Assembly (NCBI GenBank): GCA_035628335.1
Contig: DASPKA010000026.1
Span: 1 to 46,065, forward strand
Source: Patescibacteria group bacterium
GTDB lineage: Bacteria; Patescibacteriota; Doudnabacteria; UBA920
Direction: 5' to 3'
Length of the DNA stretch: 46,065 bases
The position numbers were made by a program, and so were the translations under genes. Shown here piece after piece: positions 17,208 to 25,455 of this stretch. Every line of letters starts with the position of its first letter. The first letter of the stretch is position 1. The notes under the pieces were generated by a model. That model was not told the origin of the DNA. It ran no database searches and was given only the letters and a program-made list of their open reading frames with translations.

Positions 17208-17795
17208 ATGTTTAAACAAAATTTAGTCGTTCGTCAGATGCTTAACGTTGAGCAAGCGCTCAAGTTAAAACAGGCAGAGCTTATTGCTGCTGTAAGGGGT
17301 GTTACATACCAACCTCGGGCAATTTGTCCCGCATGCAATACTGTATTAAACCGTGAGCAGATTGACGCAGGCTTCCTTCGAAGCCGCACAAATCTTACTA
17401 CCAAATGTGTGTGCGGTCACAGGTTCATACCAAGCCTGGCTTCACGGAATGAATTGGGCAATATGCTCACGGACTACTATTGTTCGCTCCAAGCCAGGGC
17501 AGCATTGGAGGGGTTGCATAAATCTCCTCCAGAAATTATTGCTAAAAAAAACCCTTCTGCTTATCACTCCGCCATTCTCCATTTTGGCAGCATGCGTGCA
17601 ATGTACAGACTGGACGGTCTCCAGTACGCACACCGTGAAGTTCCACAGTGGCATTCCGCTGTAGCGCCATTTTTGGGTAAAGCACCTGATCAGATGATCG
17701 CTGATGTAGTTGGTGTGCCTGTGGGTGTCATTACCCGCATGCGCAGACAAGCACGTCAGAAGCCATTTGATGAAAGATTGCTTGAAGACGAATAA
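17208..17795 (+). CDS. Hypothetical protein with a CxxC...CxC zinc-ribbon-like motif
   Basis: Strong SD (taAGGAGGattcaaATG). CPACN...CVCGH motif. Basic C-terminus with a possible HTH (IADVVGVPVGVITRMRRQ). Bracketed by terminators. Confidence 0.55.
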   Translation: MFKQNLVVRQMLNVEQALKLKQAELIAAVRGVTYQPRAICPACNTVLNREQIDAGFLRSRTNLTTKCVCGHRFIPSLASRNELGNMLTDYYCSLQARAALEGLHKSPPEIIAKKNPSAYHSAILHFGSMRAMYRLDGLQYAHREVPQWHSAVAPFLGKAPDQMIADVVGVPVGVITRMRRQARQKPFDERLLEDE

Positions 17796-17797
17796 TG

Positions 17798-17835
17798 AAA
17801 AGGCAGAACCTAACCTGTGTTGGGTCTGCCTTTTT
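17798..17835 (+). terminator. Intrinsic terminator (ggcaga...tctgcc stem plus ttttt)
   Basis: Hairpin plus T-run 3 nt after the stop at 17795. Confidence 0.6.
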
Positions 17836-17922
17836 ACTGTTGACCATTTATTTTTCTCGTGTTACTTTTATTAAAATGCCTAACAAAGAAAACAACAGAA
17901 TATTTCAAGACTCTTTCGCCTA

Positions 17923-17951
17923 GTCCCGACATTGTGTCGGGATTTTTTTTT
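17923..17951 (+). terminator. Second hairpin plus 9-T run (tcccgac attgt gtcggga ttttttttt) immediately upstream of the PRTase SD; terminator or attenuator
   Basis: Read directly. The T-run ends 14 nt before the AAGGAG SD of the next gene. Confidence 0.6.
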
Positions 17952-17975
17952 AACCAAAAATAAAAAGGAGAATAT

Positions 17976-18606
17976 ATGAGACAAGGCCAAATCTTGCAGA
18001 AGCTGCAGGAAGCCGGAGCGCTTGTTTTAAACACGCATGTGGTTTATAGCTCGTGGAAGCATGGGGGTGTATGTAAACAAAGACGCATTGTACACGCATC
18101 CCGCTGTTACCGGTATACTCTGCCGTGAAATTGCTAAACGGTTTCGGGTTGGGGTTGAAGTGGTTGCAGCACCAGCCATTGGCGGAGTTATTCTTGCCCA
18201 ATGGACGGCCTTTCACCTGGCCAAGCTCAGCGAGCGGGAAGTTCTGGCGGTCTACGCTGAAAAAAGCGAAGACGGAAAGAGCTTTCTGTTTAAGCGAGGG
18301 TACGAAAAGCTACTGAAAAACGCACGAACACTTGTACTCGAAGACGTCCTAACCACAGGCAGGTCAGTGCGCAGGGTGGTAGATGTTGCTAAACAGGCAG
18401 GTGCCATGGTGGTGGGAGTGGGTGCATTGTGGAACAGAGGCGGGGTAACTCCACAGTCCCTGAATGTTAACCGCCTGGAGTCTCTCATGGACATACGCTT
18501 TGAGTCCTGGGAGGAGAAAGACTGTCAGTTGTGTGTTAAAAAGATTCCTATCAACCTTGAGCTCGGGCATGGGGCTGAGTACATCAAACGGTTCCCTAGC
18601 TTTTAG
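17976..18606 (+). pseudogene. PyrE-like type I phosphoribosyltransferase interrupted by a +1 frame shift at a G5 run (18063-18067)
   Basis: An AAGGAG SD lies 7 nt before ATG 17976. That frame encodes MRQGQILQKLQEAGALVLNTHVVYSSWKHGG, a family-typical N-terminus, and then hits a stop. The rest (VYVNKDALYTHP...LVLEDVLTTGRSV PRPP motif) is in the +1 frame, which is track ORF 18037-18606. Removing one G restores a ~209-aa protein. Confidence 0.7.
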
Positions 18607-18612
18607 TTAACA

Positions 18613-18649
18613 AAAGATAAGCGAAAGCTGTGCTTTCACTTATCTTTTT
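18613..18649 (+). terminator. Intrinsic terminator (16-bp stem with one mismatch, then T-run)
   Basis: aaagataagcgaaagc tgt gctttcacttatcttt tt, directly after the PRTase stop. Confidence 0.7.
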
Positions 18650-18694
18650 ACAATTTTACTATAAATCTGCGGTGAAATATGTTACCATGTATCT

Positions 18695-19042
18695 ATGAAC
18701 ATGAATCCCCTAGTAAACATTTTATTACGTACTCTTGCAGTAGGAGTTGCTGCGTTTATTACTCCTGGAGTTGTTATTACCAGCATATTTTCAGCAATAG
18801 TTGTTGCAATTATCATTGCTCTTTTGAACCACTATTTAAAGCCACTGTTAATAATTCTGACTCTTCCCGTAACTCTCATTACTTTAGGTTTATTTATTTT
18901 AGTAATCAATGCCTTTATGGTATGGTTAACCTCTGCCATAGTCCCCGGCTTTGAAGTAACAGGTTTTTGGAGCGCTGTATTGTTTTCAATCTTACTCACC
19001 CTATTTAATTGGGCTTTTGCAGTTGAGGGAGATAATAAGTAA
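18695..19042 (+). CDS. DUF360 / YvlD-like 'phage holin family' 4-TM membrane protein
   Basis: The pattern LRTLAVGVAAFITPGV...LLNHYLKPLLIILTLPVTLITLGLFILVINAFMVWLTSAIVPGFEVTGFW closely follows the DUF360 consensus. Confidence 0.75.
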   Translation: MNMNPLVNILLRTLAVGVAAFITPGVVITSIFSAIVVAIIIALLNHYLKPLLIILTLPVTLITLGLFILVINAFMVWLTSAIVPGFEVTGFWSAVLFSILLTLFNWAFAVEGDNK

Positions 19043-19069
19043 AAAATCGTTTTTCCGTATTTGGATAGT

Positions 19070-19099
19070 TTGACCTGCAGGAGTATTTTATGGTATCAT
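19070..19099 (+). promoter_or_regulatory. Candidate promoter TTGACC, 18 nt spacer, TGgTATCAT (extended -10)
   Basis: Hexamers read directly in the 232-bp gap upstream of rny. Confidence 0.4.
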
Positions 19100-19105
19100 G
19101 CCTGT

Positions 19106-19236
19106 ACTGTTAATTCGCGTTAAAGCCGAGTTGGATGACGATTTCTACACAAAATTTTTCTTTGAGATTAAGCTCACTTTTGACTATAAATAAAAGCTTT
19201 TTTCCAATCCCGCTAAACTAATGCGGGCATTTTTTG
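19106..19236 (+). ncRNA. Candidate ~130-nt small RNA or rny leader, bounded by the promoter above and an intrinsic terminator (cccgc...gcggg cattttttg, 19209-19236)
   Basis: A promoter-to-terminator unit. It holds no SD-preceded ORF; its only ATG, which opens a 31-codon frame, overlaps the -10 box. Confidence 0.3.
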
Positions 19237-19274
19237 TGGTAGGATCTTCTTCCAAAGTAGGATAGAAGATTTTT

Positions 19275-20828
19275 ATGTTATCAATTATTTACATACTGAT
19301 AGGCCTGGCTATTGGGGCAGGGATAGGTTGGGTGCTCAAACAAAAGACTACTACTGCCAAAATTGGCAATGCAGAGTCCAAGGCAGAGAAAATTTTAGAG
19401 GAAGCCAAATCTAAAGAAAAAGAAATGCTCTTAGACGCCAAGTCTAAGGCTTTGGAAATAACAGAGTCTGCAAAGAAAGCAGAGGCTGATTTCAGAAGTC
19501 AGATTCAGCGTTTTGAAGCTCGTATAGACCGTCGTGAGAAAGAACTCGACACTAAGGAGGCACATTTGGACAAGCAGAAGGCCACTCTGGAAGCTAAGGG
19601 TGAAGAGATCAAGCTGTTGCAGGAAGAAATAAAAGAAGTTAAAACTAAACAGCTTCAAACTTTGGAAAAGATAGCATCTATGACCCGCGAGGATGCTCAG
19701 AAAGTTCTACTCGATAACGCTGAGAAAAGCGTTAAAGACGAAATGGTTCACTTGCACAAAAAGCTTCTGGAATCCACACGTCAGGATGCGGATGCGAAAG
19801 CTCGCGTAATTTTAGCTAATGCTATGGAGCGCGTAGTCTCAGAAGTTACCAGTGAAACTACAACAACGACGGTTGTTATCCCGAACGAAGAGCTCAAAGG
19901 CCGAATTATAGGTAAAGAAGGTAGGAATATACGCGCATTTGAACAAATGCTTGGCTGTGAAATTTTAATAGACGACAGTCCTGACACCGTTGTAATTTCT
20001 GGGTTTAACTCTGTACGTAGACATATTGCCAAACTAACTTTAGAGAAATTGGTTGCTGATGGTCGCATACACCCAGCGCGAATTGAGGAAGCGTATGAAA
20101 AGAGTAAGGCTGAAATAAATGAGCAGATTAAGAAAGCGGGAGAAGAGGCTTGTTATGAGCTTGGAATCACTAACTTCCCACCCAAGCTTGTGCATTTGGT
20201 TGGTCGCTTAATGTTCAGAACTTCTTATGGACAGAACGTATTACGCCACTCAACTGAAATGGCAAAAATTGGTGCAATAATCGCAGAGGAGCTCGGTGCT
20301 GATGTCAGCATAGTGAAGCAAGGTGCGTTGTTGCATGATGTGGGTAAGGCACTTGACCAGGAAGTTGAGGGTACGCACATTGAGATCGGTATCCGTATTG
20401 CTGAGAAGTTTGGCTTGGACCCAAGGGTTATAGAAGCTATAGAGTCGCACCACCATGATACCGATGTTTCTGAGGGTGCTTCTGCCAAGCACAAGCGTGA
20501 ATTCTGTATTGAAGCCATGATTGTCGACTACTGTGATGGGATCTCTGGCGGACGACCAGGTGCACGTAAAGACTCTTACGAAAACTACGTTAAACGCTTA
20601 ACTGACCTTGAGAACATAGCTACCCGCAACGAAGGTGTGCAAAAAGCTTATGCAATTATGGGTGGCCGTGAGATTCGTGTATTTGTGATGCCAGAGTTGT
20701 TGGATGACCTTTCATGCATGAAGCTTGCTCGTCAGATAGCTAACGATATTGAAGGTGAAATGAAGTTCCCTGGAGAAATTCGTGTACAAGTTATACGCGA
20801 AACCCGCGTCATAGAATACGCACGCTAG
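19275..20828 (+). CDS. rny: Ribonuclease Y
   Basis: N-terminal TM, a long coiled coil, the KH motif GRIIGKEGRNIRAFE and the HD domain LLHDVGKA. 517 aa. Confidence 0.93.
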   Translation: MLSIIYILIGLAIGAGIGWVLKQKTTTAKIGNAESKAEKILEEAKSKEKEMLLDAKSKALEITESAKKAEADFRSQIQRFEARIDRREKELDTKEAHLDKQKATLEAKGEEIKLLQEEIKEVKTKQLQTLEKIASMTREDAQKVLLDNAEKSVKDEMVHLHKKLLESTRQDADAKARVILANAMERVVSEVTSETTTTTVVIPNEELKGRIIGKEGRNIRAFEQMLGCEILIDDSPDTVVISGFNSVRRHIAKLTLEKLVADGRIHPARIEEAYEKSKAEINEQIKKAGEEACYELGITNFPPKLVHLVGRLMFRTSYGQNVLRHSTEMAKIGAIIAEELGADVSIVKQGALLHDVGKALDQEVEGTHIEIGIRIAEKFGLDPRVIEAIESHHHDTDVSEGASAKHKREFCIEAMIVDYCDGISGGRPGARKDSYENYVKRLTDLENIATRNEGVQKAYAIMGGREIRVFVMPELLDDLSCMKLARQIANDIEGEMKFPGEIRVQVIRETRVIEYAR

Positions 20829-20830
20829 GT

Positions 20831-20849
20831 ATTAGGCATTAGGCGTTAG
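20831..20849. repeat. Left arm of inverted heptamer repeats (ATTAGGC ATTAGGC GTTAG)
   Basis: Reverse complement of the GCCTAAn units found at 21213-21247. It starts 3 nt after the rny stop. Confidence 0.7.
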
Positions 20850-20859
20850 AAACACAGAA

Positions 20860-21225
20860 ATGAGTACTAGCTATAAAGATTTGATTGTTTGGCAGAAAGC
20901 AATTTTGTTAGTTAAAAGTATATATTATACAACAGAAAAGTTTCCGAAATCTGAAATATTCGGATTAAGTTCTCAAATGAGGCGCGCTGCTGTATCTATC
21001 ACTTCGAACATAGCGGAAGGAAGATACAGGAGTAGCTCAAAGGAAAATAAGCATTTTTATTTGATTGCGTTTGGTTCTGGCGCGGAGTTGGAGACTCAAT
21101 TGATTATTTCAAAAGAGTTGGGATTAATTAAAGTTCCTGAATTTCAAGAATTAACTAATTTATTGGCAGAAGTAATGAAAATGCTAAATGTCTTAATTTC
21201 AAAGCTGTCATTGCCTAAAGCCTAA
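20860..21225 (+). CDS. Four-helix-bundle protein (23S rRNA intervening-sequence protein family)
   Basis: YKDLIVWQKA...FPKSEIFGLSSQMRRAAVSITSNIAEG...ELETQL is the family signature. 121 aa. Confidence 0.85.
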   Translation: MSTSYKDLIVWQKAILLVKSIYYTTEKFPKSEIFGLSSQMRRAAVSITSNIAEGRYRSSSKENKHFYLIAFGSGAELETQLIISKELGLIKVPEFQELTNLLAEVMKMLNVLISKLSLPKA

Positions 21226-21247
21226 CGCCTAACAACCTAATGCCTAA
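21213..21247. repeat. Five tandem heptamers GCCTAAA GCCTAAC GCCTAAC (a)ACCTAAT GCCTAAA
   Basis: Read directly. The array spans the stop of the four-helix-bundle gene and the start codon of ymdB, and it is inverted relative to 20831-20849. Confidence 0.75.
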
Positions 21248-22046
21248 AGTCTTACTACTAGGTGATATATTTGGAAAACCCGGGCGACAGGCTGTTGCTC
21301 GGGTTTTACCGTCTTTGCGCGAGGAGTACGGGTTAGACTTAATTGTAGCAAATGTTGAGAATTTAGCGCACGGCAAGGGTGTAACACCACGAACGTTAGC
21401 AGAGCTTAAGGCAATGGGAATAGATGTGTTTACTTCTGGTAACCACGTGTTTGACAGAGGTGGGCAGTATGAGGAGTGCTTTGAGAGGTTTCCAGAACTT
21501 ATACGTCCCGCTAATTACGAGACCCTTGGACCTGGGACCATAGTGCCTGGCTATGGGTATATTAGAGTTGAAAAAAATGGACAGCAGTACTTGGTTATAA
21601 ATCTGGGAGGTCGTGTGTTTTTTGAAAAGCAGTTTAAGGGTACAATAGCAAATCCGTTCCTTACCGCTGATAAAGTCATAACGCAAGAAGCTCAAAACGG
21701 TGATATAATAATTGTAGATTTCCACGCAGAAGCAACCAGTGAGAAATTGGCGCTTGGTCACTATTTGGATGGTAGGGTTTCCGCAGTAGTGGGGACGCAC
21801 ACACACGTACCAAGCGCGGATACTAGAGTAATGCCATCAGGCACATTCTTTCAGGCTGACCTTGGTATGACTGGCGTCCAACATTCCGCCATAGGAGCTA
21901 CCTTTGAAAGCGTTATGGACATCTTTTTGGATAAAAAAGAAAAATTTAAAATGGAAGTGGCAGAAGGAGAGTGCGTGGTGAATGGGCTATTTATAAATTT
22001 CGAAACCAAAGAGTTGCAAAGGTTACAAAAGATGGTTGATTTATAA
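21240..22046 (+). CDS. ymdB: YmdB-like metallophosphoesterase (TIGR00282 family, 2',3'-cyclic-nucleotide phosphodiesterase)
   Basis: KVLLLGDIFGKPGR, NVENLAHGKG and DFHAEATSEK/GTHTHV motifs. The rny-ymdB neighbourhood is conserved. Confidence 0.85.
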   Translation: MPKVLLLGDIFGKPGRQAVARVLPSLREEYGLDLIVANVENLAHGKGVTPRTLAELKAMGIDVFTSGNHVFDRGGQYEECFERFPELIRPANYETLGPGTIVPGYGYIRVEKNGQQYLVINLGGRVFFEKQFKGTIANPFLTADKVITQEAQNGDIIIVDFHAEATSEKLALGHYLDGRVSAVVGTHTHVPSADTRVMPSGTFFQADLGMTGVQHSAIGATFESVMDIFLDKKEKFKMEVAEGECVVNGLFINFETKELQRLQKMVDL

Positions 22047-22202
22047 TTTAGAACGCTTCTAAGAAGAATATACTTCCTGAGATTTCTGAAATTCTTGAGA
22101 TAAATTTTCCATACTCATATAGCTTCAAAATCAAAATAGTATACAAGGGAGATTAGAAATATGCAAACATTTATTAACGAGTAAAAAACTTGCATTAAGA
22201 TT

Positions 22203-22502
22203 ATGTATTATATTGTTATACTCATTGCAGGGTTATTGTTGCCGACTTTAGCAAACATATGCTTACACGTCCTGGGACAAAGCAATTTCGATCCAAAACT
22301 GATATATGGTGTTGCATTTGTTGTGTTACTTGTAATAGATATTTTTTGTTCAAGAAAAATTATTCTTCAAAGCAAAGGATTACAATCAATACCACAGACA
22401 GTTAAGGGTCTGGGATTATTTTTAGCAAACTTTACTGGCATTCTTTTTTTCTTTATCTTATATAAAATTTTCACTCAAGGTCTGATATTAGGACCGTTTT
22501 AA
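22203..22502 (+). CDS. Hypothetical small membrane protein (3 TM)
   Basis: Hydrophobic segments only. No family recognised. Confidence 0.4.
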   Translation: MYYIVILIAGLLLPTLANICLHVLGQSNFDPKLIYGVAFVVLLVIDIFCSRKIILQSKGLQSIPQTVKGLGLFLANFTGILFFFILYKIFTQGLILGPF

Positions 22503-22507
22503 TCGAT

Positions 22508-23035
22508 ATGAATGGTTTTATAAAACCAGAAAATATAATTGCCCAGGTTGCGCTCAGGAGTGGCGACCGAGTTGCTGACTTTGGGTGTGGAAGCGGTTTT
22601 TATACTATTCCTGCTGCTAAGGCTGTTGGAGCCTCTGGACTTGTGTACGCCTTTGACTTGCTCGACGAGAAGCTTTCCGCAACGCTTTCTGCTGCTCGTG
22701 GATTTGGTTTGCATAACGTCAAGCCAGTTCGTGCGAATTTAGAACTACCCTTAAGCGGGGTAGAGCCATTAACTTTTGATATGGTACTTCTAGGGAACAT
22801 TCTTCACCAGGTCCGTACAGCAGATGCGGTGCTTAGAAATGCTTATGGTTTGCTTAAAACAGAAGGAAGGTTGGTTGCTATAGAATGGAAGCCAGGAAAT
22901 ACCCCCTTTGGCCCAGCGCCTGAAAAGCGGCTTTCAGAAAGTACGCTGGCGTCGCAGCTCGAGAAGTTTCACTTTAAAAAACTAAAGAACCTAGAAGTAG
23001 ACGGATACCACTATGCAGTCATATTCCAAAAATAA
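22508..23035 (+). CDS. Class I SAM-dependent methyltransferase
   Basis: Motif I VADFGCGSGFYTIPAA and the post-I acidic residue (AFDLLDE). 175 aa. Confidence 0.7.
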   Translation: MNGFIKPENIIAQVALRSGDRVADFGCGSGFYTIPAAKAVGASGLVYAFDLLDEKLSATLSAARGFGLHNVKPVRANLELPLSGVEPLTFDMVLLGNILHQVRTADAVLRNAYGLLKTEGRLVAIEWKPGNTPFGPAPEKRLSESTLASQLEKFHFKKLKNLEVDGYHYAVIFQK

Positions 23036-23043
23036 ACCGCTCT

Positions 23044-23064
23044 TGCGGTTTTTTGTTAGAAAAA
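23044..23064 (+). terminator. Intrinsic terminator aaaccgc tctt gcggttt tttt
   Basis: Hairpin plus T-run 9 nt after the stop. Confidence 0.7.
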
Positions 23065-23183
23065 TTAATATATGTAGGCTACTAAGTGTGGCTCTTGTAA
23101 CTGCAGGAAACAGACGGAGGACTCATTTTGTAGCATGTAACACTCGGCTTCAGTTGTGTATACAAGACGGGTGTACACAACTT

Positions 23184-23222
23184 AAAACAAGGCAGCTTTC
23201 TCCAAGCTTTCGCCTTGTTTTT
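23184..23222. terminator. Compound hairpin (aacaaggc-agctt ... aagct-gccttgtt) downstream of the minus-strand regulator gene
   Basis: Inverted repeats read directly, with T-rich flanks on both strands. Confidence 0.5.
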
Positions 23223-23235
23223 CATTTCTATATCC

Positions 23236-23961
23236 TTATATCTTTTCCCACAATTCATTAAAAAATAAACTAAGGGTCTGTTGTGTAACAGGGCTTTCTA
23301 TTACTAGTGCCGTTATTTCTGGCTTAAATGAATAGATTGCAATCTTGTTTTCCCATATTTGAATCAGCCCACTGTCAAAGGCTGAGTTAACCGGGATAAG
23401 CTTTGTGTGTCTCAACTCTTTTGCATCTTTGTCCTTCCTCATTTCACCAAACGGTGTGTTTAAGATAATTGCCCGTAGGGGAATTCTTCTTTCCACCCGT
23501 TGCTTTACAAATTCTTTCATAAAGTCACCTGAGGCTCTGTAAATTTCGTCTGCAGAGCCAAATGCCAAAAGTTCTTGAGCTTCTGAGTATACTTCCCGCA
23601 GTACCGTCCTCAAGCCTTCCATGCCTTCATAGTACCTAACTTTTGCCTCGTGTTTTGAAGAGCCATAGAGAGAGTTAAGTGTGGGGACAGCTTTAGCGAG
23701 CAGCTTTGTTTTTTCCTCATAACCTGCTAGAACTTTGCGAGGGTCGTGAGCGCCAAATAGTAGTGATTGTTTCTTGCGGAAGGTAAATGCAAGACCCTTT
23801 TCCGTGAGACGTTTTAAAATGACCTCAGCGCTTGATCTTGGGATTACGGAAAGTGTTGCGACTTGTCCAACGGTGGCGCTGCCAAGCTCAAGAAGCGCAA
23901 AATACACTTTCGCTTCGTTGGGTTTCAAATTCAATATTTGAGCTATGGTGTTTTTATGCAT
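23236..23961 (-). CDS. TrmB-family transcriptional regulator
   Basis: N-terminal winged HTH LNLKPNEAKVYFALLELGSATVGQVATLSVIPRSSAEVILKRLTEKGL. ~240 aa with a C-terminal TrmB-like domain. Confidence 0.7.
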   Translation of the reverse strand: MHKNTIAQILNLKPNEAKVYFALLELGSATVGQVATLSVIPRSSAEVILKRLTEKGLAFTFRKKQSLLFGAHDPRKVLAGYEEKTKLLAKAVPTLNSLYGSSKHEAKVRYYEGMEGLRTVLREVYSEAQELLAFGSADEIYRASGDFMKEFVKQRVERRIPLRAIILNTPFGEMRKDKDAKELRHTKLIPVNSAFDSGLIQIWENKIAIYSFKPEITALVIESPVTQQTLSLFFNELWEKI

Positions 23962-24092
23962 AAAAATGCCAACATTTATGTTGGCAATAACTACATAGAA
24001 ATTACCATATTATTTGGGTAAATACAATACTTCACACTATTTGTGCCACAGTTATTGATACTCACCATAGATGGCTCTATGATGTGAGGTAT

Positions 24093-25241
24093 ATGAAAAA
24101 ATATATTATTTTTGGTATTAGTGTGATAGTAGTAGGCGCGTATAGTATGTTGGCTCAGCGAGATATAGAGGGTAATGTCTATAAGGTGGGGCTTTCGCTC
24201 CCACTCAGTGGGAACTTCGCAAGCACTGGGGAGGATGTGTTAAGTGGTATACAATTAGCAGTTAAGCACATTAAGGCTGAGAGGGGGGTGGAAATACATC
24301 TTGTGGTTGAGGACTCGAAGGCTGACGCAAAAAGTGCTGTCGATGTTGCGCACAAAATGTTGGATGTCGATAAGTTACCTATGGTTATCTCTGGACCAGG
24401 TTCCAGCGCCAATCTTGCAGCAGCTCCGATATATGAGCAACGTAGAACTTTTTTCTTTGTCGTTTCTCAAACACCTAAACTAAACAATGCAGGTGAATAT
24501 ATTTATAAGTTTTCTCCAGATGTTCCAAAAGAAGCCGTGCTGATGGCTAAGCATTTGCATGAAACAGGTATAAAACATTTGGGTATTATATTTGACTCAA
24601 GCAGCGACACTTCATTTACAATCAATGAAGTTCTATTAAAGGAGTTTATGGTTGGGAGCAGTACTGCTACCAGCGAGGCAGTAGACGCAAAAACTTCAAA
24701 CGATTTTCGCTCCTCTTTAACAAAGATTAAGGCAGCAAATGTGGACGCGCTATTTTTAGCCCCCGGCCCAGACAAAGTTATTGCGCAAGTTATTAACCAG
24801 GCACGAGAGCTGGGGATTAACGTACCGCTCTTCAGCTGGTCTCCCCTTGAAACCAAGACAATCATAGACTCAGCAAAGCAAAATGCAGAGGGTATAGTCT
24901 ATACAGCGCTGCCGTTTTCTTGTGAGTATGGAAATACCCAAATGAAGTCATATTGTGATGAGTTTGAGAAGGCGTATCCGGGAAAAAATCCTTTGCATTT
25001 TGGCCCCCAGGCATATGATGCGCTTGTTTTGTATATAAATGCCATACTAACAGCAGGACTTAAGCCTGAGGACCTGCAAAGCCAGGACGGCAAAGACCGT
25101 TTGCGCTATGAATTAGCAAAAATAAAGAACTATGAAGGGGTAAGCGGGGATATATCTTTGGATGAAAAAGGGAACATAACAGAAAAAGCATTCCAGTTGC
25201 GTCAAGTCAAGGATGGTAAATTTATTCCTTATATAAAATGA
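24093..25241 (+). CDS. ABC-transporter substrate-binding protein, LivJ/Peripla_BP_6 type (orphan: no adjacent permease)
   Basis: Signal/anchor then VGLSLPLSGNFASTGEDVLSGIQLAV, typical of branched-chain amino-acid type SBPs. ATG 24093 is preferred to the GTG at 24084. Confidence 0.6.
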   Translation: MKKYIIFGISVIVVGAYSMLAQRDIEGNVYKVGLSLPLSGNFASTGEDVLSGIQLAVKHIKAERGVEIHLVVEDSKADAKSAVDVAHKMLDVDKLPMVISGPGSSANLAAAPIYEQRRTFFFVVSQTPKLNNAGEYIYKFSPDVPKEAVLMAKHLHETGIKHLGIIFDSSSDTSFTINEVLLKEFMVGSSTATSEAVDAKTSNDFRSSLTKIKAANVDALFLAPGPDKVIAQVINQARELGINVPLFSWSPLETKTIIDSAKQNAEGIVYTALPFSCEYGNTQMKSYCDEFEKAYPGKNPLHFGPQAYDALVLYINAILTAGLKPEDLQSQDGKDRLRYELAKIKNYEGVSGDISLDEKGNITEKAFQLRQVKDGKFIPYIK

Positions 25242-25454
25242 AAACGCGCTGCTTGAAGGCAACGCGTTTACTGGGGTTATCTCAACATATCGGCGCTTGA
25301 GCCGGTAGGATATGATAACTTCTTCGCCGTCAAGCCAGGTTGTCCTTGAGAACCAGACGCCTCCGTTACCGTGCAGCCAGATCATAAACCTATGATTTTC
25401 CACAAGGATCTGGTTTTTTTCCCTACAGTGGACTTTGACTGGGACACGTCTCAT
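25113..25454 (-). CDS. Hypothetical protein translationally linked to the 60-aa gene; its C-terminal third overlaps the convergent SBP gene
   Basis: An AGGAGG SD is embedded in the end of the upstream ORF, 4 nt before the ATG. The last ~43 codons lie inside 24093-25241 and look non-genic, so the gene may be truncated or degenerate. Confidence 0.35.
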   Translation of the reverse strand: MRRVPVKVHCREKNQILVENHRFMIWLHGNGGVWFSRTTWLDGEEVIISYRLKRRYVEITPVNALPSSSAFSFYIRNKFTILDLTQLECFFCYVPFFIQRYIPAYPFIVLYFC

Positions 25455-25455
25455 A

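Noticed and set aside
21213-21247. CRISPR array or other spaced-repeat array.
   Set aside because: The only tandem repeats in the window are contiguous 7-nt units (GCCTAAn x5 and AAGTCGA x4.7). They have no spacers, and there are no cas genes.
23054-23183. Possible ncRNA in the 200-bp gap between the methyltransferase and the TrmB-family gene (contains the hairpin GTTGTGTA...TACACAAC).
   Set aside because: No promoter-like hexamers were recognised and no known motif is present. The hairpins are adequately explained as convergent-gene terminators.
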